This document shows positions 49,392-59,000 of a stretch of DNA of 64,000 nt, in pieces. The notes under the pieces were generated by a model. That model saw only the letters and a list, made by a program, of their open reading frames with translations. It did no database searches and was not told where the DNA came from. Origin of the DNA: an uncultured Aminicenantes bacterium (lineage in GTDB: Bacteria > Acidobacteriota > Aminicenantia > UBA2199); the NCBI GenBank assembly GCA_965195285.1, contig CBDAFS010000015.1:1-64000 (forward strand). Direction: 5' to 3'. Position numbers and translations under genes: made by a program. The number at the start of each line of letters is the position of its first letter. Position 1 is the first letter of the stretch.

Positions 49392-49901
49392 TCAACCCTC
49401 GGATGGGAGAAAATCTCGCCGGATGAGCATTTCAATCTTGGGATTCCAGCAAGGATTTTCAATGAAACGGCGTTCCTGGCGTATCGAGTTTCTGGAAACA
49501 AAGGTATCCCCCCCTTTGTTAAATCGGATAATACCGGATCCGGTCATGATACTCATTTGGGTGGCCAGTGTAGCCACCGGATGGCCGGTTGAATCCAGAA
49601 TACCTTCACGATCTCCGCTTTTAAACATCAACAGGTGATGTCCGATTTCATGCAGTATTTCCCGGGCCAGGGATTTGGCATGAGAGACATCGATGCTCTT
49701 ACTGGCCAACCACCAGAAATCAGACCAGATGAAAATGGCCGGTGATTTTCCAGCCATCGAACTGCCCGTACCATAAGCAGACCATTCGATCAGATCCAAT
49801 TCCTCGGGACTGTAATGATAGTGATAGTCGACCGGAATCGGAGTGTCTTTATCCTCTGATTGGTTATTATATATACCTGAATTTATATCAAAAAGACTCG
49901 T
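49392..49901 (-). pseudogene. Probable 5'-truncated zinc-metalloprotease-like gene fragment
   Basis: EILHEIGHH motif and a downstream SIM Met-turn-like motif; frame stays open to about 49901 with no ATG or RBS. Confidence 0.4.
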
Positions 49902-49964
49902 TTATGGCATTTTTTTTCAAAAAGGAAATAGTGTATAATATTTGGTATATTGGAAGAGATAGAA

Positions 49965-50684
49965 ATGAGATTGTTTTCCGCTTTTCAGGAATTGTTCAAT
50001 CTGGTTCGGGTCTCGGTCTATCAACCCAGGTGTATATGCTGTCAGGACTTACTGGTATTCAAAGAGGAGCAGCATATCTGTGGGTCATGCCGTTCTCAAA
50101 TTCAACCCTTTTTTTTTCCGGTCTGCCGTCTTTGCGGAAAATCTATCAACGAAAATGGGGAGATCTGCGGAGAGTGCTCGATAAATCCCCCTCCCTTTCG
50201 GAAACATGCTTCCTATACACGGTATGAAGGGGTTATTAAAGAGCTGATTATTTATTATAAGTTCAAGGGCATACAGGGATTAAAAGTTCTTTTTGAGAAT
50301 CTTCTGGCTGAACTGTTCAACAGCCAAATCACCGGGCATTTCGACTGGATGGTTCCGGTACCGGCTGACAGGGGGAGGAAGCGGGAACTGAATCCCATTC
50401 TGGCTCTCTGTAAAAGGTTATCCAGGAGTGTGGACATTCCTTTAATGCGGAAAAATCTAATCAAGGTTAAAAGGACCGAACCCCAGGTCCTGTTGAGTCA
50501 GGCCAGGCGTTTGAAAAATCTGGACGGGGCTTTTCAACTAAAAGATCCAGCCGCAGTCAAAAAAAAGAGAATATTGCTGGTGGATGATGTGTATACCACC
50601 GGTACCACCATAAAAAAGTGTACTCAGTTGCTTAAAAAGGCCGGAGCCGACGTAGTGGCCATTACCCTGGCCCGATCAATATAA
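49965..50684 (+). CDS. comF: ComF family protein (double Zn ribbon plus PRTase)
   Basis: Four CxxC pairs; ILLVDDVYTTGTT. Confidence 0.9.
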   Translation: MRLFSAFQELFNLVRVSVYQPRCICCQDLLVFKEEQHICGSCRSQIQPFFFPVCRLCGKSINENGEICGECSINPPPFRKHASYTRYEGVIKELIIYYKFKGIQGLKVLFENLLAELFNSQITGHFDWMVPVPADRGRKRELNPILALCKRLSRSVDIPLMRKNLIKVKRTEPQVLLSQARRLKNLDGAFQLKDPAAVKKKRILLVDDVYTTGTTIKKCTQLLKKAGADVVAITLARSI

Positions 50685-50787
50685 ATATTTCAATTAGACC
50701 ACTAACTCTTTCGGGTGTTGCGTTGGTTATATAAAGTTTATCCTGACTGTTAAGATTTGTGTCAGTATGTGAATTTAATATTATTTT

Positions 50788-51156
50788 TTATCTGGTGCAG
50801 CTCCAGGTACCAGTCCAACCCGAATCTTCAATAAATGTGCCATTCATGGAGTTGTTGGTTGGAGCTGACCCAATATAATTTGATGAATTGCCGTTGTCCC
50901 AGACAACATTGAAATTTACCGTTGTTCCTGTTACCGTATATGTACCGATTCCACCCCAGCCATCCACTGCAGTGCCTGCAGTTGCTGATCCTGAAAATGT
51001 GATTGTGGTAACATATATGTCCATATCAGAATAAGTAAGGGTTAAACTCCAAAGTCCGACAATGTTAAAAACTTCTTCTTCAGCGGTTTTACAAGCAGGC
51101 ATAAATATTAAAGCAATACAAACTAAAAATAATAACAACAAAGAAAACTTTTTCAT
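50788..51156 (-). CDS. Small lipoprotein (beta-barrel-like)
   Basis: Lipobox-like MPAC; GGAGG RBS; T/G-rich strands. Confidence 0.75.
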   Translation of the reverse strand: MKKFSLLLLFLVCIALIFMPACKTAEEEVFNIVGLWSLTLTYSDMDIYVTTITFSGSATAGTAVDGWGGIGTYTVTGTTVNFNVVWDNGNSSNYIGSAPTNNSMNGTFIEDSGWTGTWSCTR

Positions 51157-51263
51157 TGTTCCTCCTTTTTTTTTATATTATATAATTGAAAATATAAAAT
51201 CAATAAAAAACTTCAATAGCTTTATTTATGAAAAGAGCGATTATAACATACAAAAGTGATTTT

Positions 51264-51350
51264 TGACTGATAGATCCTGTTGCAGTCAAAAAAAAGAGAA
51301 TAGTGGTGGCCATTACCCTGGCCCGATCGGTGTAGATCGGGCGGGGTAAG
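51264..51350 (+). repeat. 87-bp direct repeat derived from the comF 3' end, copy B
   Basis: One mismatch to 52363-52449; homologous to 50531-50573 plus 50652-50677. Confidence 0.95.
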
Positions 51351-51365
51351 AGTATATATGACAAT

Positions 51366-52357
51366 AAGGGGTGACGGTGCTTGTATTCTTGTAAATATGT
51401 TGTTAAAATAAATGTATGAGAAGAGCCAGGATAACATACCAGGGTGCCTTTCATCATGCGATGAACCGAGGACATGAGGGAAAGAAAATCTTTTTAAAGG
51501 ATTCAGAAAAGAATTCATTTTTAAAACTATTAAAAGAGACTGCAAAAGGATACCGTATCAGAATTTTTGCCTATTGTATAATGGATAATCACTACCATTT
51601 AGTACTGGAAAACAGTTCAGGTCGGATGTCAGAATTTTTTAAAAAGCTTAATGGACAATATGGGAGGATTTATCGGAGAGAGAATAAAGGAAAAGGGTAT
51701 GTTTTCCAAGACAGATTTAAATCAAAGCTAATTCAGGATGATTCATATCTATTGATGGTTATTGGGTATGTATTGAAAAATCCTGTTAGAGCTGGTTCGG
51801 TTACAGATTTTGTGGATTATCAGTGGTCCAGTTCTTCAATGTATTTTAATAAAAATATTTTGGATATTGTAGATAATAAATATGTTGAATCACTCTTTGG
51901 TTCCTTTCATAATATGTCCAATCAGATCAGGAATTTGACAATCAAAAAATTGCCTGTAATTCTAACCAGGGTTGGAGAAATTATAGGTGGAGAAGAGTTT
52001 GTTGTCGAATCTTTGGAGAAGTTCAATCGTCGGAAACCGAATGATCAAGTAGAAGAGTATAAAAGAAAAGATGATTATTATTTTGATCCTGTAGAAAAAG
52101 TGTTTTATGAATTTAAAAAGAAACATAAAATAAATGCTTTTGATATTGACACAAGATCTTATAAAGGCAAACGATTGAGAGGTGAATTGTTGGTTTATTT
52201 GAAGGATAATGCGGGATTAACATATGGAATGATAAAAAAAGTACCTATTTTTAGTGACCTTAAAATCAATTCCTTGGGATGGATTTACAAAAATGCAAAA
52301 ATCCGGTTGAAAAGCTAATTTGAGATAAATACAAGTTTACAAGCACCGTCACCCCTT
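51366..52357 (+). mobile_element. RAYT element bounded by terminal inverted repeats
   Basis: aaggggtgacggtgcttgta (51366-51385) and tacaagcaccgtcacccctt (52338-52357), perfect 20 bp, extendable to 28 bp with 2 mismatches. Confidence 0.85.
51416..52318 (+). CDS. REP-associated tyrosine transposase (Y1 HUH) with C-terminal helical extension
   Basis: NRG, YCIMDNHYHL (HUH), FQDRFKS, YVLKNPVRAG (catalytic Tyr), YQWSS. Confidence 0.9.
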   Translation: MRRARITYQGAFHHAMNRGHEGKKIFLKDSEKNSFLKLLKETAKGYRIRIFAYCIMDNHYHLVLENSSGRMSEFFKKLNGQYGRIYRRENKGKGYVFQDRFKSKLIQDDSYLLMVIGYVLKNPVRAGSVTDFVDYQWSSSSMYFNKNILDIVDNKYVESLFGSFHNMSNQIRNLTIKKLPVILTRVGEIIGGEEFVVESLEKFNRRKPNDQVEEYKRKDDYYFDPVEKVFYEFKKKHKINAFDIDTRSYKGKRLRGELLVYLKDNAGLTYGMIKKVPIFSDLKINSLGWIYKNAKIRLKS

Positions 52358-52362
52358 TTTTA

Positions 52363-52449
52363 TGACTGATAGATCCTGTTGCAGTCAAAAAAAAGAGAAT
52401 AGTGGTGGCCATTACCCTGGCCCGATCGGTGTAGACCGGGCGGGGTAAG
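52363..52449 (+). repeat. 87-bp direct repeat derived from the comF 3' end, copy C
   Basis: Matches 51264-51350. Confidence 0.95.
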
Positions 52450-52504
52450 GACCTATAGAGAAGGAGGAGGTTGATTATTAATCGATAAGATGGCTTTCAT
52501 TATT

Positions 52505-53131
52505 TTAATCGTCATCATCATCTTCTTCTTCATCAACGTTCGTCACCTTTAAGACTGGATTTAATTTATATTTCGGATTGTCCTTGTTTCCGGTGACTTT
52601 TAGCGATGCCTCAGGATCAACTTCGATGGTAATTTCTGTTGTACCATCCTCATAAACAATGAAAGGCACATTGACTTTGATTTTACCACTGGGAACTTCA
52701 GCTTCATAGACCCCGCTTTCAGTGGTTACCTGGGCTCCGGTTACATCAAACCTGAATTTATTATAATTTCCGGCAGCTATATCAGTCTCAGATATTATTT
52801 CAGCCCAGGAAGTAGCATCAAGCACCATCAGATCAAAAGTGCCATCAGATATTGGAAGTGAAATCCAGCCTGCATCCTGATCAGAAGTTCGATGCACGTC
52901 AAGATTTTCAAAAGTAACCACAAGACTAATCACATCTTCTTTATTAGCTTGAGATGCGATCATCGCAATGTTTGACGCACTGTCAGCAGTTATAGAGAAC
53001 TTGAAAGTACCTGTCTTAGTGCCTAACTCAACATAGTCTTCATTTTCCTGTAATTCTGAACTTTTTTTGCAATTGTTAATCAAAAAAATCATCATCAAAA
53101 TTAAAATGCTTACATACCATATTTTTTTCAT
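52505..53131 (-). CDS. DUF4382-like lipoprotein
   Basis: Signal ending INNC; FDLM, GNYNKFRF, VPSGKIK, YKLNPV; AGGAG RBS. Confidence 0.75.
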   Translation of the reverse strand: MKKIWYVSILILMMIFLINNCKKSSELQENEDYVELGTKTGTFKFSITADSASNIAMIASQANKEDVISLVVTFENLDVHRTSDQDAGWISLPISDGTFDLMVLDATSWAEIISETDIAAGNYNKFRFDVTGAQVTTESGVYEAEVPSGKIKVNVPFIVYEDGTTEITIEVDPEASLKVTGNKDNPKYKLNPVLKVTNVDEEEDDDDD

Positions 53132-53164
53132 AATATTCTCCTGATAAAGTTTCCAAATTATAAT

Positions 53165-53180
53165 AGCATTTATCATGCCA
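53165..53180 (-). promoter_or_regulatory. Putative sigma-54 promoter
   Basis: TGGCAT-GATAA-ATGCT, 33 nt upstream of ATG 53131. Confidence 0.55.
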
Positions 53181-53351
53181 ATTTATTCAGGTTTGTTTCT
53201 TTATTTTTAATTTTAGCATAGAATCCATTACCAATAATACTTTTCAGAAAAATTTATTTTTTGGTAATTTTATTTTTTTGAAAATAAATTAAAGAATTGA
53301 CAATATTCATGGTTTACAATCTGTCAAGTTGTAAACTCAAATGATTTCCCT

Positions 53352-53451
53352 AAAGGCCGGAGTCGAAGTGATGGCCATTACCCCGGTCCGATCGGTTTAA
53401 GCCGGATGAGTTGAGGAGAGGGTGTGGTATCCTGTTGATATTAATCGATAA
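53352..53451 (+). repeat. Degenerate comF 3'-end copy D
   Basis: aaaggccggagtcgaagtgatggccattaccccggtccgatc resembles 50636-50677; tail gttgatattaatcgataa resembles 52470-52488. Confidence 0.8.
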
Positions 53452-53561
53452 ATAGAGTTTGATTAATTGATTCAATCCAGGTATAATTTTTTTGACTTGA
53501 ATTGAATTCAAATTCAAAGCATTATGTCCCAAAAAAATTAACCGAAAAAGGACAACAAGAC

Positions 53562-54965
53562 ATGAGTGGATTTTTTGGAATCACCAGTAAAAAGGATTGC
53601 ATCGTTGATCTTTACTATGGCATTGACTATCATTCCCATTTGGGAACCCGTTACGGTGGCATGGCTGTGGCCACTTCCCAGGGGTTTAACAAGGCTATTC
53701 ATAGTCTGGAAAATGCTTATTTTCGCTCAAAATTTGAGCCTGACCTTTCGTATCTGGCCGGAAACCGTGGAATCGGAATCATCAGTGATCTGGAACCACA
53801 GCCCATTATCGTAAATTCTCACCTGGGGCGGTTCGCAGTGGTTTCTGTGGGAAAAGTGTGTAATGTTGATCAACTGGAATCCGTTGCCTTAAAAAACAAG
53901 AGACATTTTTCCGAAACCGGGGGGACTAAAATAAATCCCACCGAATTGATTGCCATGTTGATAACCGAATGTGACAGTTTCGAATCCGGCATTGCCAATG
54001 TCCAAAACAAGGTACAAGGGTCCTGTTCGATGCTGGTTTTAACCGAAAAAGGACTCTTTGCCGCCCGGGATAAACTGGGCAGAACCCCCATCATATTAGG
54101 GAAAAATGACCATGCCTATGTAGCGGCATCCGAAACCAGTTCATTTCCGCCTCTGAATTTTGAAATTGAACATTATCTGGGTCCCGGAGAGATCGTATTT
54201 ATGACTCCGGAGGGTTATGAGCAGCGTCAGAAACCAGGGGACAATCTTCAGATATGCTCTTTTTTATGGGTATATTTCGGTTATCCTCCATCATACTATG
54301 AAGGTATCAATGTTGATGAATGTCGCTACCGCTGCGGCCGGGCACTGGCCCGGAATGATGATGTCGGGGCTGATTTTGTTTCCGGAATACCAGATTCGGG
54401 GATCGGTCATGCCATCGGATACAGCAATGAACGCAGAATTCCCTATAAGCGGCCTTATGTGAAATATAGCCCGACCTGGCCCCGCAGTTTTATGCCCCAG
54501 AATCAGGATACCCGGGATCTGGTAGCCAAGATGAAGCTGATATCCAATTCGGATTTGATAGAGGATAAAAAAATCATTTTTTGTGAGGATTCCATTGTCA
54601 GGGGAACCCAGTTGCAGGATAAAATAAAGGCATTGTTTAAACTGGGAGTCCGGGAAGTTCACATGCGGGTCGCCTGTCCACCACTGATGTTTCCCTGTCA
54701 GTTTCATAATTTTTCTACCTCCAGATCCACTATGGAGCTGGCTTCCCGCAAAGCTATTTTTGAACTGCAAGGAGAAGAATCTCCCGGACTGGAAGAATAC
54801 CAGCTGGATCATTCAGAGAAAAATCAGCAAATGGTTGAGCAGATTAGAAAGCGGATCGGTGCTACCACCTTGAAATATCAAAAAATATCTGACCTGGTTA
54901 AGGCCATCGGCCTCCCCTTTGATCAATTGTGTACCCATTGCTGGGATAATTCCAGCTATTTTTGA
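53562..54965 (+). CDS. purF: Amidophosphoribosyltransferase, variant lacking the N-terminal Cys
   Basis: PDSG, EDSIVRGT PRPP site, VHMRVACPP, Fe-S cysteines; starts MSGFFG. Confidence 0.85.
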   Translation: MSGFFGITSKKDCIVDLYYGIDYHSHLGTRYGGMAVATSQGFNKAIHSLENAYFRSKFEPDLSYLAGNRGIGIISDLEPQPIIVNSHLGRFAVVSVGKVCNVDQLESVALKNKRHFSETGGTKINPTELIAMLITECDSFESGIANVQNKVQGSCSMLVLTEKGLFAARDKLGRTPIILGKNDHAYVAASETSSFPPLNFEIEHYLGPGEIVFMTPEGYEQRQKPGDNLQICSFLWVYFGYPPSYYEGINVDECRYRCGRALARNDDVGADFVSGIPDSGIGHAIGYSNERRIPYKRPYVKYSPTWPRSFMPQNQDTRDLVAKMKLISNSDLIEDKKIIFCEDSIVRGTQLQDKIKALFKLGVREVHMRVACPPLMFPCQFHNFSTSRSTMELASRKAIFELQGEESPGLEEYQLDHSEKNQQMVEQIRKRIGATTLKYQKISDLVKAIGLPFDQLCTHCWDNSSYF

Positions 54966-54990
54966 AGCCTTCAGCCGAATAGGAATAAAA

Positions 54991-55269
54991 ATGAATATAA
55001 AACATGTCGAGGGAATTAAAAAAAGGGGTATCATGCTTTATGCATTGAGTACCTGTGTATGGTGTAAAAAAACCAAAAGGTTGTTAAACGAGCTGGATGC
55101 TGAATATGACTATATTGATGTGGATCTCCTGGATGAAAATGAGAAGGAAAGGGTTGAGGAGGAAATCAGGCGCTGGAACCCGGCCTGTTCGTTCCCCACA
55201 CTGGTAATTGATAAGGAGAGATGTATTGTCGGTTATAAGAATGATGAAATAAGGGAAGCCTTGGGATGA
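54991..55269 (+). CDS. Glutaredoxin/NrdH-like redoxin
   Basis: LSTCVWC, SFPT. Confidence 0.88.
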   Translation: MNIKHVEGIKKRGIMLYALSTCVWCKKTKRLLNELDAEYDYIDVDLLDENEKERVEEEIRRWNPACSFPTLVIDKERCIVGYKNDEIREALG

Positions 55270-55784
55270 GTAACGACAATTCTACTGTCAGTGAGCAGGA
55301 GATTGACAGACTTTATGACAAATTAAACCGGGAAGCAGAGGCCTCCGGTTATCATCTGAATCCGGATATCGAATTCACCCGGGAACTGGCCATGGGTTTG
55401 ATTGTCAATCAGAAAAGATACGGTTATATGGCCTGTCCCTGCCGTCTGGCTGTCGGAAAAAAACGATTGGATCTGGATATCATATGTCCCTGTGACTACA
55501 GAGACCCGGATTTGAATGATTTTGACGTCTGTTATTGTGCTCTCTATGTCTCCCAGACTGTACTGGCAGGGAATAAGACTGCGGAACCCATACCGGAAAG
55601 ACGTCCATCCGCAAAAATCCGGCAGGAACAAAAACCGACTGTCCAATCTGGGTCAGGGGTTTCGCTTTCCTTTCCGGTCTGGAGATGCCGCGTTTGTGGC
55701 TATTTATGTGCCCGTGAGGGGCCTCCCGAAGTCTGTCCCATCTGCAAAGCCAAGAAGGATCGATTTGAAGCCTTCTTGAGCTAA
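55266..55784 (+). CDS. Ferredoxin:thioredoxin/glutaredoxin reductase catalytic subunit with C-terminal rubredoxin-like domain
   Basis: CPCR, CPC, CYC motifs; [12 protein letters not shown]. Confidence 0.9.
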   Translation: MSNDNSTVSEQEIDRLYDKLNREAEASGYHLNPDIEFTRELAMGLIVNQKRYGYMACPCRLAVGKKRLDLDIICPCDYRDPDLNDFDVCYCALYVSQTVLAGNKTAEPIPERRPSAKIRQEQKPTVQSGSGVSLSFPVWRCRVCGYLCAREGPPEVCPICKAKKDRFEAFLS

Positions 55785-57031
55785 AAATCTTCTAAATAGG
55801 CAATTGCTGCCCCTGCAAAAAGCATTGGCCCAATTTTCAAAATATTTTCATCAATTGAAAAAGTGGGCGTGTGAAGGGGAGAGGTATTACCGGTTCCCAG
55901 GAAGAAAAACACAGCGGGAATCTGATGTGAGTAATAAGAAAAATCCTCGGCTATACTCATGGGTTTAACCTTCTGAACCTGATTTTTTCCTAATATTTTT
56001 TCAAAAACAGGTATGAAAAACTCGGTGAGTTCCGGATCATTGTTCACAAAGGGAGCGTCTTTGCTGAAGGTGAATTGATAGGTGATACCATAGGCCACAG
56101 CCAATCCCTTTAAAATCTTTTCCATTCCCTCAGCAATTTTATCCTGTAGTTCAAAAGAGAATGTACGAACGGTTCCCTCCAGTTCAACTTTTTCAGCAAT
56201 CACATTCGTTCGGACACCACCTTTTATTTTTCCAACCGACAGAACCGCCGGTTCTTTTGGATCTCTGAATCGGCTGATGAGTGATTGAAACTGTTGAATC
56301 GCAGAGGAGGCCACATAAATGGCATCAATTCCCTGGTGGGGGAAGGCACCATGGCTGGCCTTTCCTAAAATATCCACATAGAAGGAAGCCACATTGGCCA
56401 TAATCGGGCCGGTGCGGATTCCAATGCTGCCAACCGGAATGCCGGGCAAAACATGAAGGCCCAGTATGGCATTTACCGATGGATTTTCCAGGACATTCTC
56501 CTGAATCATGGCCTGGGCACCACCGGGCTGGTTGGGAAGGGGGCCTTCTTCACAGGGTTGAAAAATAAACACGATGGTACCGGGAATCCGATCCCTCAGA
56601 TCAGACAGTATCTTGGCTGTAATTAACACATTGGTCATGTGGGCGTCATGTCCGCAGGCATGCATATGTCCCGGATTTCTGGAGGCATAGGGGAAATCGG
56701 TTTGTTCGGTAATGGGTAACGCGTCCATGTCGGACCGGATAGCCAAAGCAGGTTTCTTTCTGGTGCCCCGGAGTATGGCCTTGATGCCGGTTCCGGCGAT
56801 ACCGGTTTGGACTTTCAGGCCCAGTTTTTCCAAAAAAGTAGCGATAAATTCAGAGGTTTCCTTTTCCTGGAAACACAACTCCGGACATTGATGTAAATGT
56901 CTTCTCAGCTTCAGGGCCTGGGGATGATATTGCTCTGCCTTCTGACGGATTTGCTTGATGATCTCAACATCCAGGCCCAGGCAGGGAAGAAACAGCCAGG
57001 TGACCAGAACCAAGCTGATTGATTTTTTCAT
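55781..57031 (-). CDS. M20/M40 amidohydrolase with signal peptide
   Basis: [25 protein letters not shown]. Confidence 0.9.
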   Translation of the reverse strand: MKKSISLVLVTWLFLPCLGLDVEIIKQIRQKAEQYHPQALKLRRHLHQCPELCFQEKETSEFIATFLEKLGLKVQTGIAGTGIKAILRGTRKKPALAIRSDMDALPITEQTDFPYASRNPGHMHACGHDAHMTNVLITAKILSDLRDRIPGTIVFIFQPCEEGPLPNQPGGAQAMIQENVLENPSVNAILGLHVLPGIPVGSIGIRTGPIMANVASFYVDILGKASHGAFPHQGIDAIYVASSAIQQFQSLISRFRDPKEPAVLSVGKIKGGVRTNVIAEKVELEGTVRTFSFELQDKIAEGMEKILKGLAVAYGITYQFTFSKDAPFVNNDPELTEFFIPVFEKILGKNQVQKVKPMSIAEDFSYYSHQIPAVFFFLGTGNTSPLHTPTFSIDENILKIGPMLFAGAAIAYLEDF

Positions 57032-57127
57032 TATATCAAATTATAACAGAAAAATATTATTATCAATAATCTGAATTTCTTGCTTTTTGATTATTTAAAG
57101 TATAAAATATGGGTAATTGATCAAACC

Positions 57128-57661
57128 ATGAATCTGGCAAATCTTATCACTATTTTAAGAATTATTCTGGTCCCGTTTTTTTTGGTTATTCTACTGACCG
57201 AGATGGAAAATAAAGAGATTTTTGCCTTGATCATTTTTGTTATTGCCTCGATTTCCGACGGGATTGACGGATATATTGCCAGAAAATACAATCAGATCAC
57301 AGAATTGGGCAAATTCCTTGATCCCTTAGCCGATAAACTGTTAGTATCGGCTGCATTACTGGCCCTGGTTTATCTTCAGATTGTCGAAACCTGGGTAGCA
57401 GCGGTTATCATATTAAGGGAAATCTTCATCACTGCTTTCCGATTTTATTTTCTGGTCAAGGATTCCACATTTTCAGCATCCTGGATTGCCAAGAAAAAAA
57501 CCCTGTCTCAAATCATTGCCATTTCCATTTTGATCGTGCATAACAAAGTGCCCGGTTTTGAATCTGTTGCCTTGAAATTCGGTACTTTTTTACTGTATTT
57601 TGCCACTTTCCTAACCATATACAGCGGAATAGAATATCTCATTAGATATTCAAAGAAATAG
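57128..57661 (+). CDS. pgsA: CDP-diacylglycerol--glycerol-3-phosphate phosphatidyltransferase
   Basis: DGIDGYIAR..GKFLDPLADK. Confidence 0.9.
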   Translation: MNLANLITILRIILVPFFLVILLTEMENKEIFALIIFVIASISDGIDGYIARKYNQITELGKFLDPLADKLLVSAALLALVYLQIVETWVAAVIILREIFITAFRFYFLVKDSTFSASWIAKKKTLSQIIAISILIVHNKVPGFESVALKFGTFLLYFATFLTIYSGIEYLIRYSKK

Positions 57662-57669
57662 AGTTCAGA

Positions 57670-58617
57670 ATGCCGTATAAGAAATATCCTCCGTTGAACA
57701 AAAAGAATTTAAAAACCATTTCCATCAACGATAGAAAATCTCTGGTTGAAATCGACAGTTTTGCCAAGCCCTTTGCGCCGGGATCAAGTTTTGAATCTTT
57801 CATGCATTCGTTACCGAATAGCTTATCGGCCAAAGATTTATTAGAGTTTTCGACTCATGTTAAAGATGCCCGGAAAAAAGACAAACCCATTATTTTCGGA
57901 ATGGGTGCCCACACCATTAAGGTGGGGCTCAATCCCATTATCATTGATCTGATGGAAAGGGGGTGGGTCTCGGCCATCAGTATAAACGGGGCCTTTATGA
58001 TTCATGATTTTGAGATCGCCTTGTGCGGTAAAACTTCGGAGGATGTGGCAGCGAATCTGCATAAAGGTACTTATGGTAATACCGAAGAGACCGGTTTGTT
58101 CTTGAATATTGCCTTGAAGGATGGATATAAACATGGGTTCGGGTGCGGAGAGTCTATCGGTCATTATTTGATTCAATCGGAGTTTCCCCATAACCAGTCC
58201 AGCGTTCTGTACCATGCCTATAAAATGAATATTCCCGTTTCCATTCATCCGGCAATCGGAACTGATTTTATTCATTACCATCCCAGTTTTGACGGAAGTA
58301 TCATGGGGGCATTAGCTGAAAAGGATTTTTTATTGCTTTCATCGATTATATCTCAGTTGGCTGACGGGGGCGTCTATATGAATATCGGTTCAAACGTGAT
58401 ATTACCCGAAGTTTTTCTGAAAGCCATTGCCTTTTGCACAGCTCAGGGTATTCGCTTGGACGAATTTTATACAGCTGTTTTTGATTTTAACAAACATTAT
58501 CGTCCCTATGAAAATGTAGTCAGGCGACCGGTTTTGAATGGGGGAAAAGGGTATTATTTTGTCGGTTCCCATGAGATTATGATTCCTCTACTGGCAGCGG
58601 TTTTATTGAGCATTTAG
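57670..58617 (+). CDS. Deoxyhypusine-synthase-fold protein of unknown function
   Basis: MGAHTIKVG, IHDFE, GSNVILPEVFLKA, GSHEIM. Confidence 0.65.
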   Translation: MPYKKYPPLNKKNLKTISINDRKSLVEIDSFAKPFAPGSSFESFMHSLPNSLSAKDLLEFSTHVKDARKKDKPIIFGMGAHTIKVGLNPIIIDLMERGWVSAISINGAFMIHDFEIALCGKTSEDVAANLHKGTYGNTEETGLFLNIALKDGYKHGFGCGESIGHYLIQSEFPHNQSSVLYHAYKMNIPVSIHPAIGTDFIHYHPSFDGSIMGALAEKDFLLLSSIISQLADGGVYMNIGSNVILPEVFLKAIAFCTAQGIRLDEFYTAVFDFNKHYRPYENVVRRPVLNGGKGYYFVGSHEIMIPLLAAVLLSI

Positions 58618-58637
58618 GCAGGGATGAGAACGGTCTT

Positions 58638-59000
58638 ATGAAAATTGAATTCAGCCCGGGGGCCAGGTTGCAGCTGGATGTATTATCTGAATTGGATTCA
58701 ATCGAGACCGGGTTCTTATTCGGATTCAATATGGGTCGGTATTTAATTATTGAAAGTTTTTTTCCGCTACGTTTCACAAAAAATAGTATCAATCGGATAT
58801 ATCCCCAGATTTTCAATCATTTCAGTGACCGATTGCTTGGAGTATTTTTTGTCAATGGGAAGGCATTTTTAAATGATTGGTTTCTCGAGAATATTATTAT
58901 CCAGGTTAAGAATCATTCCCGAAAAATATTCTTATGCCGGTTTGATGATCAATCAGGTCAGAAACAGTGGGTGCCGATTTCGGGAAGTGAGAAGGGATAA
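58638..59000 (+). CDS. Hypothetical protein (possible degenerate MPN-like fold)
   Basis: ETGFLFG strand; no HxH motif. Confidence 0.5.
   Translation: MKIEFSPGARLQLDVLSELDSIETGFLFGFNMGRYLIIESFFPLRFTKNSINRIYPQIFNHFSDRLLGVFFVNGKAFLNDWFLENIIIQVKNHSRKIFLCRFDDQSGQKQWVPISGSEKG

Noticed and set aside
51264-53451. CRISPR or canonical integron attC array
   Set aside because: Repeats are about 1 kb apart, derive from comF coding sequence, and lack RYYYAAC/GTTRRRY cores; no intI.
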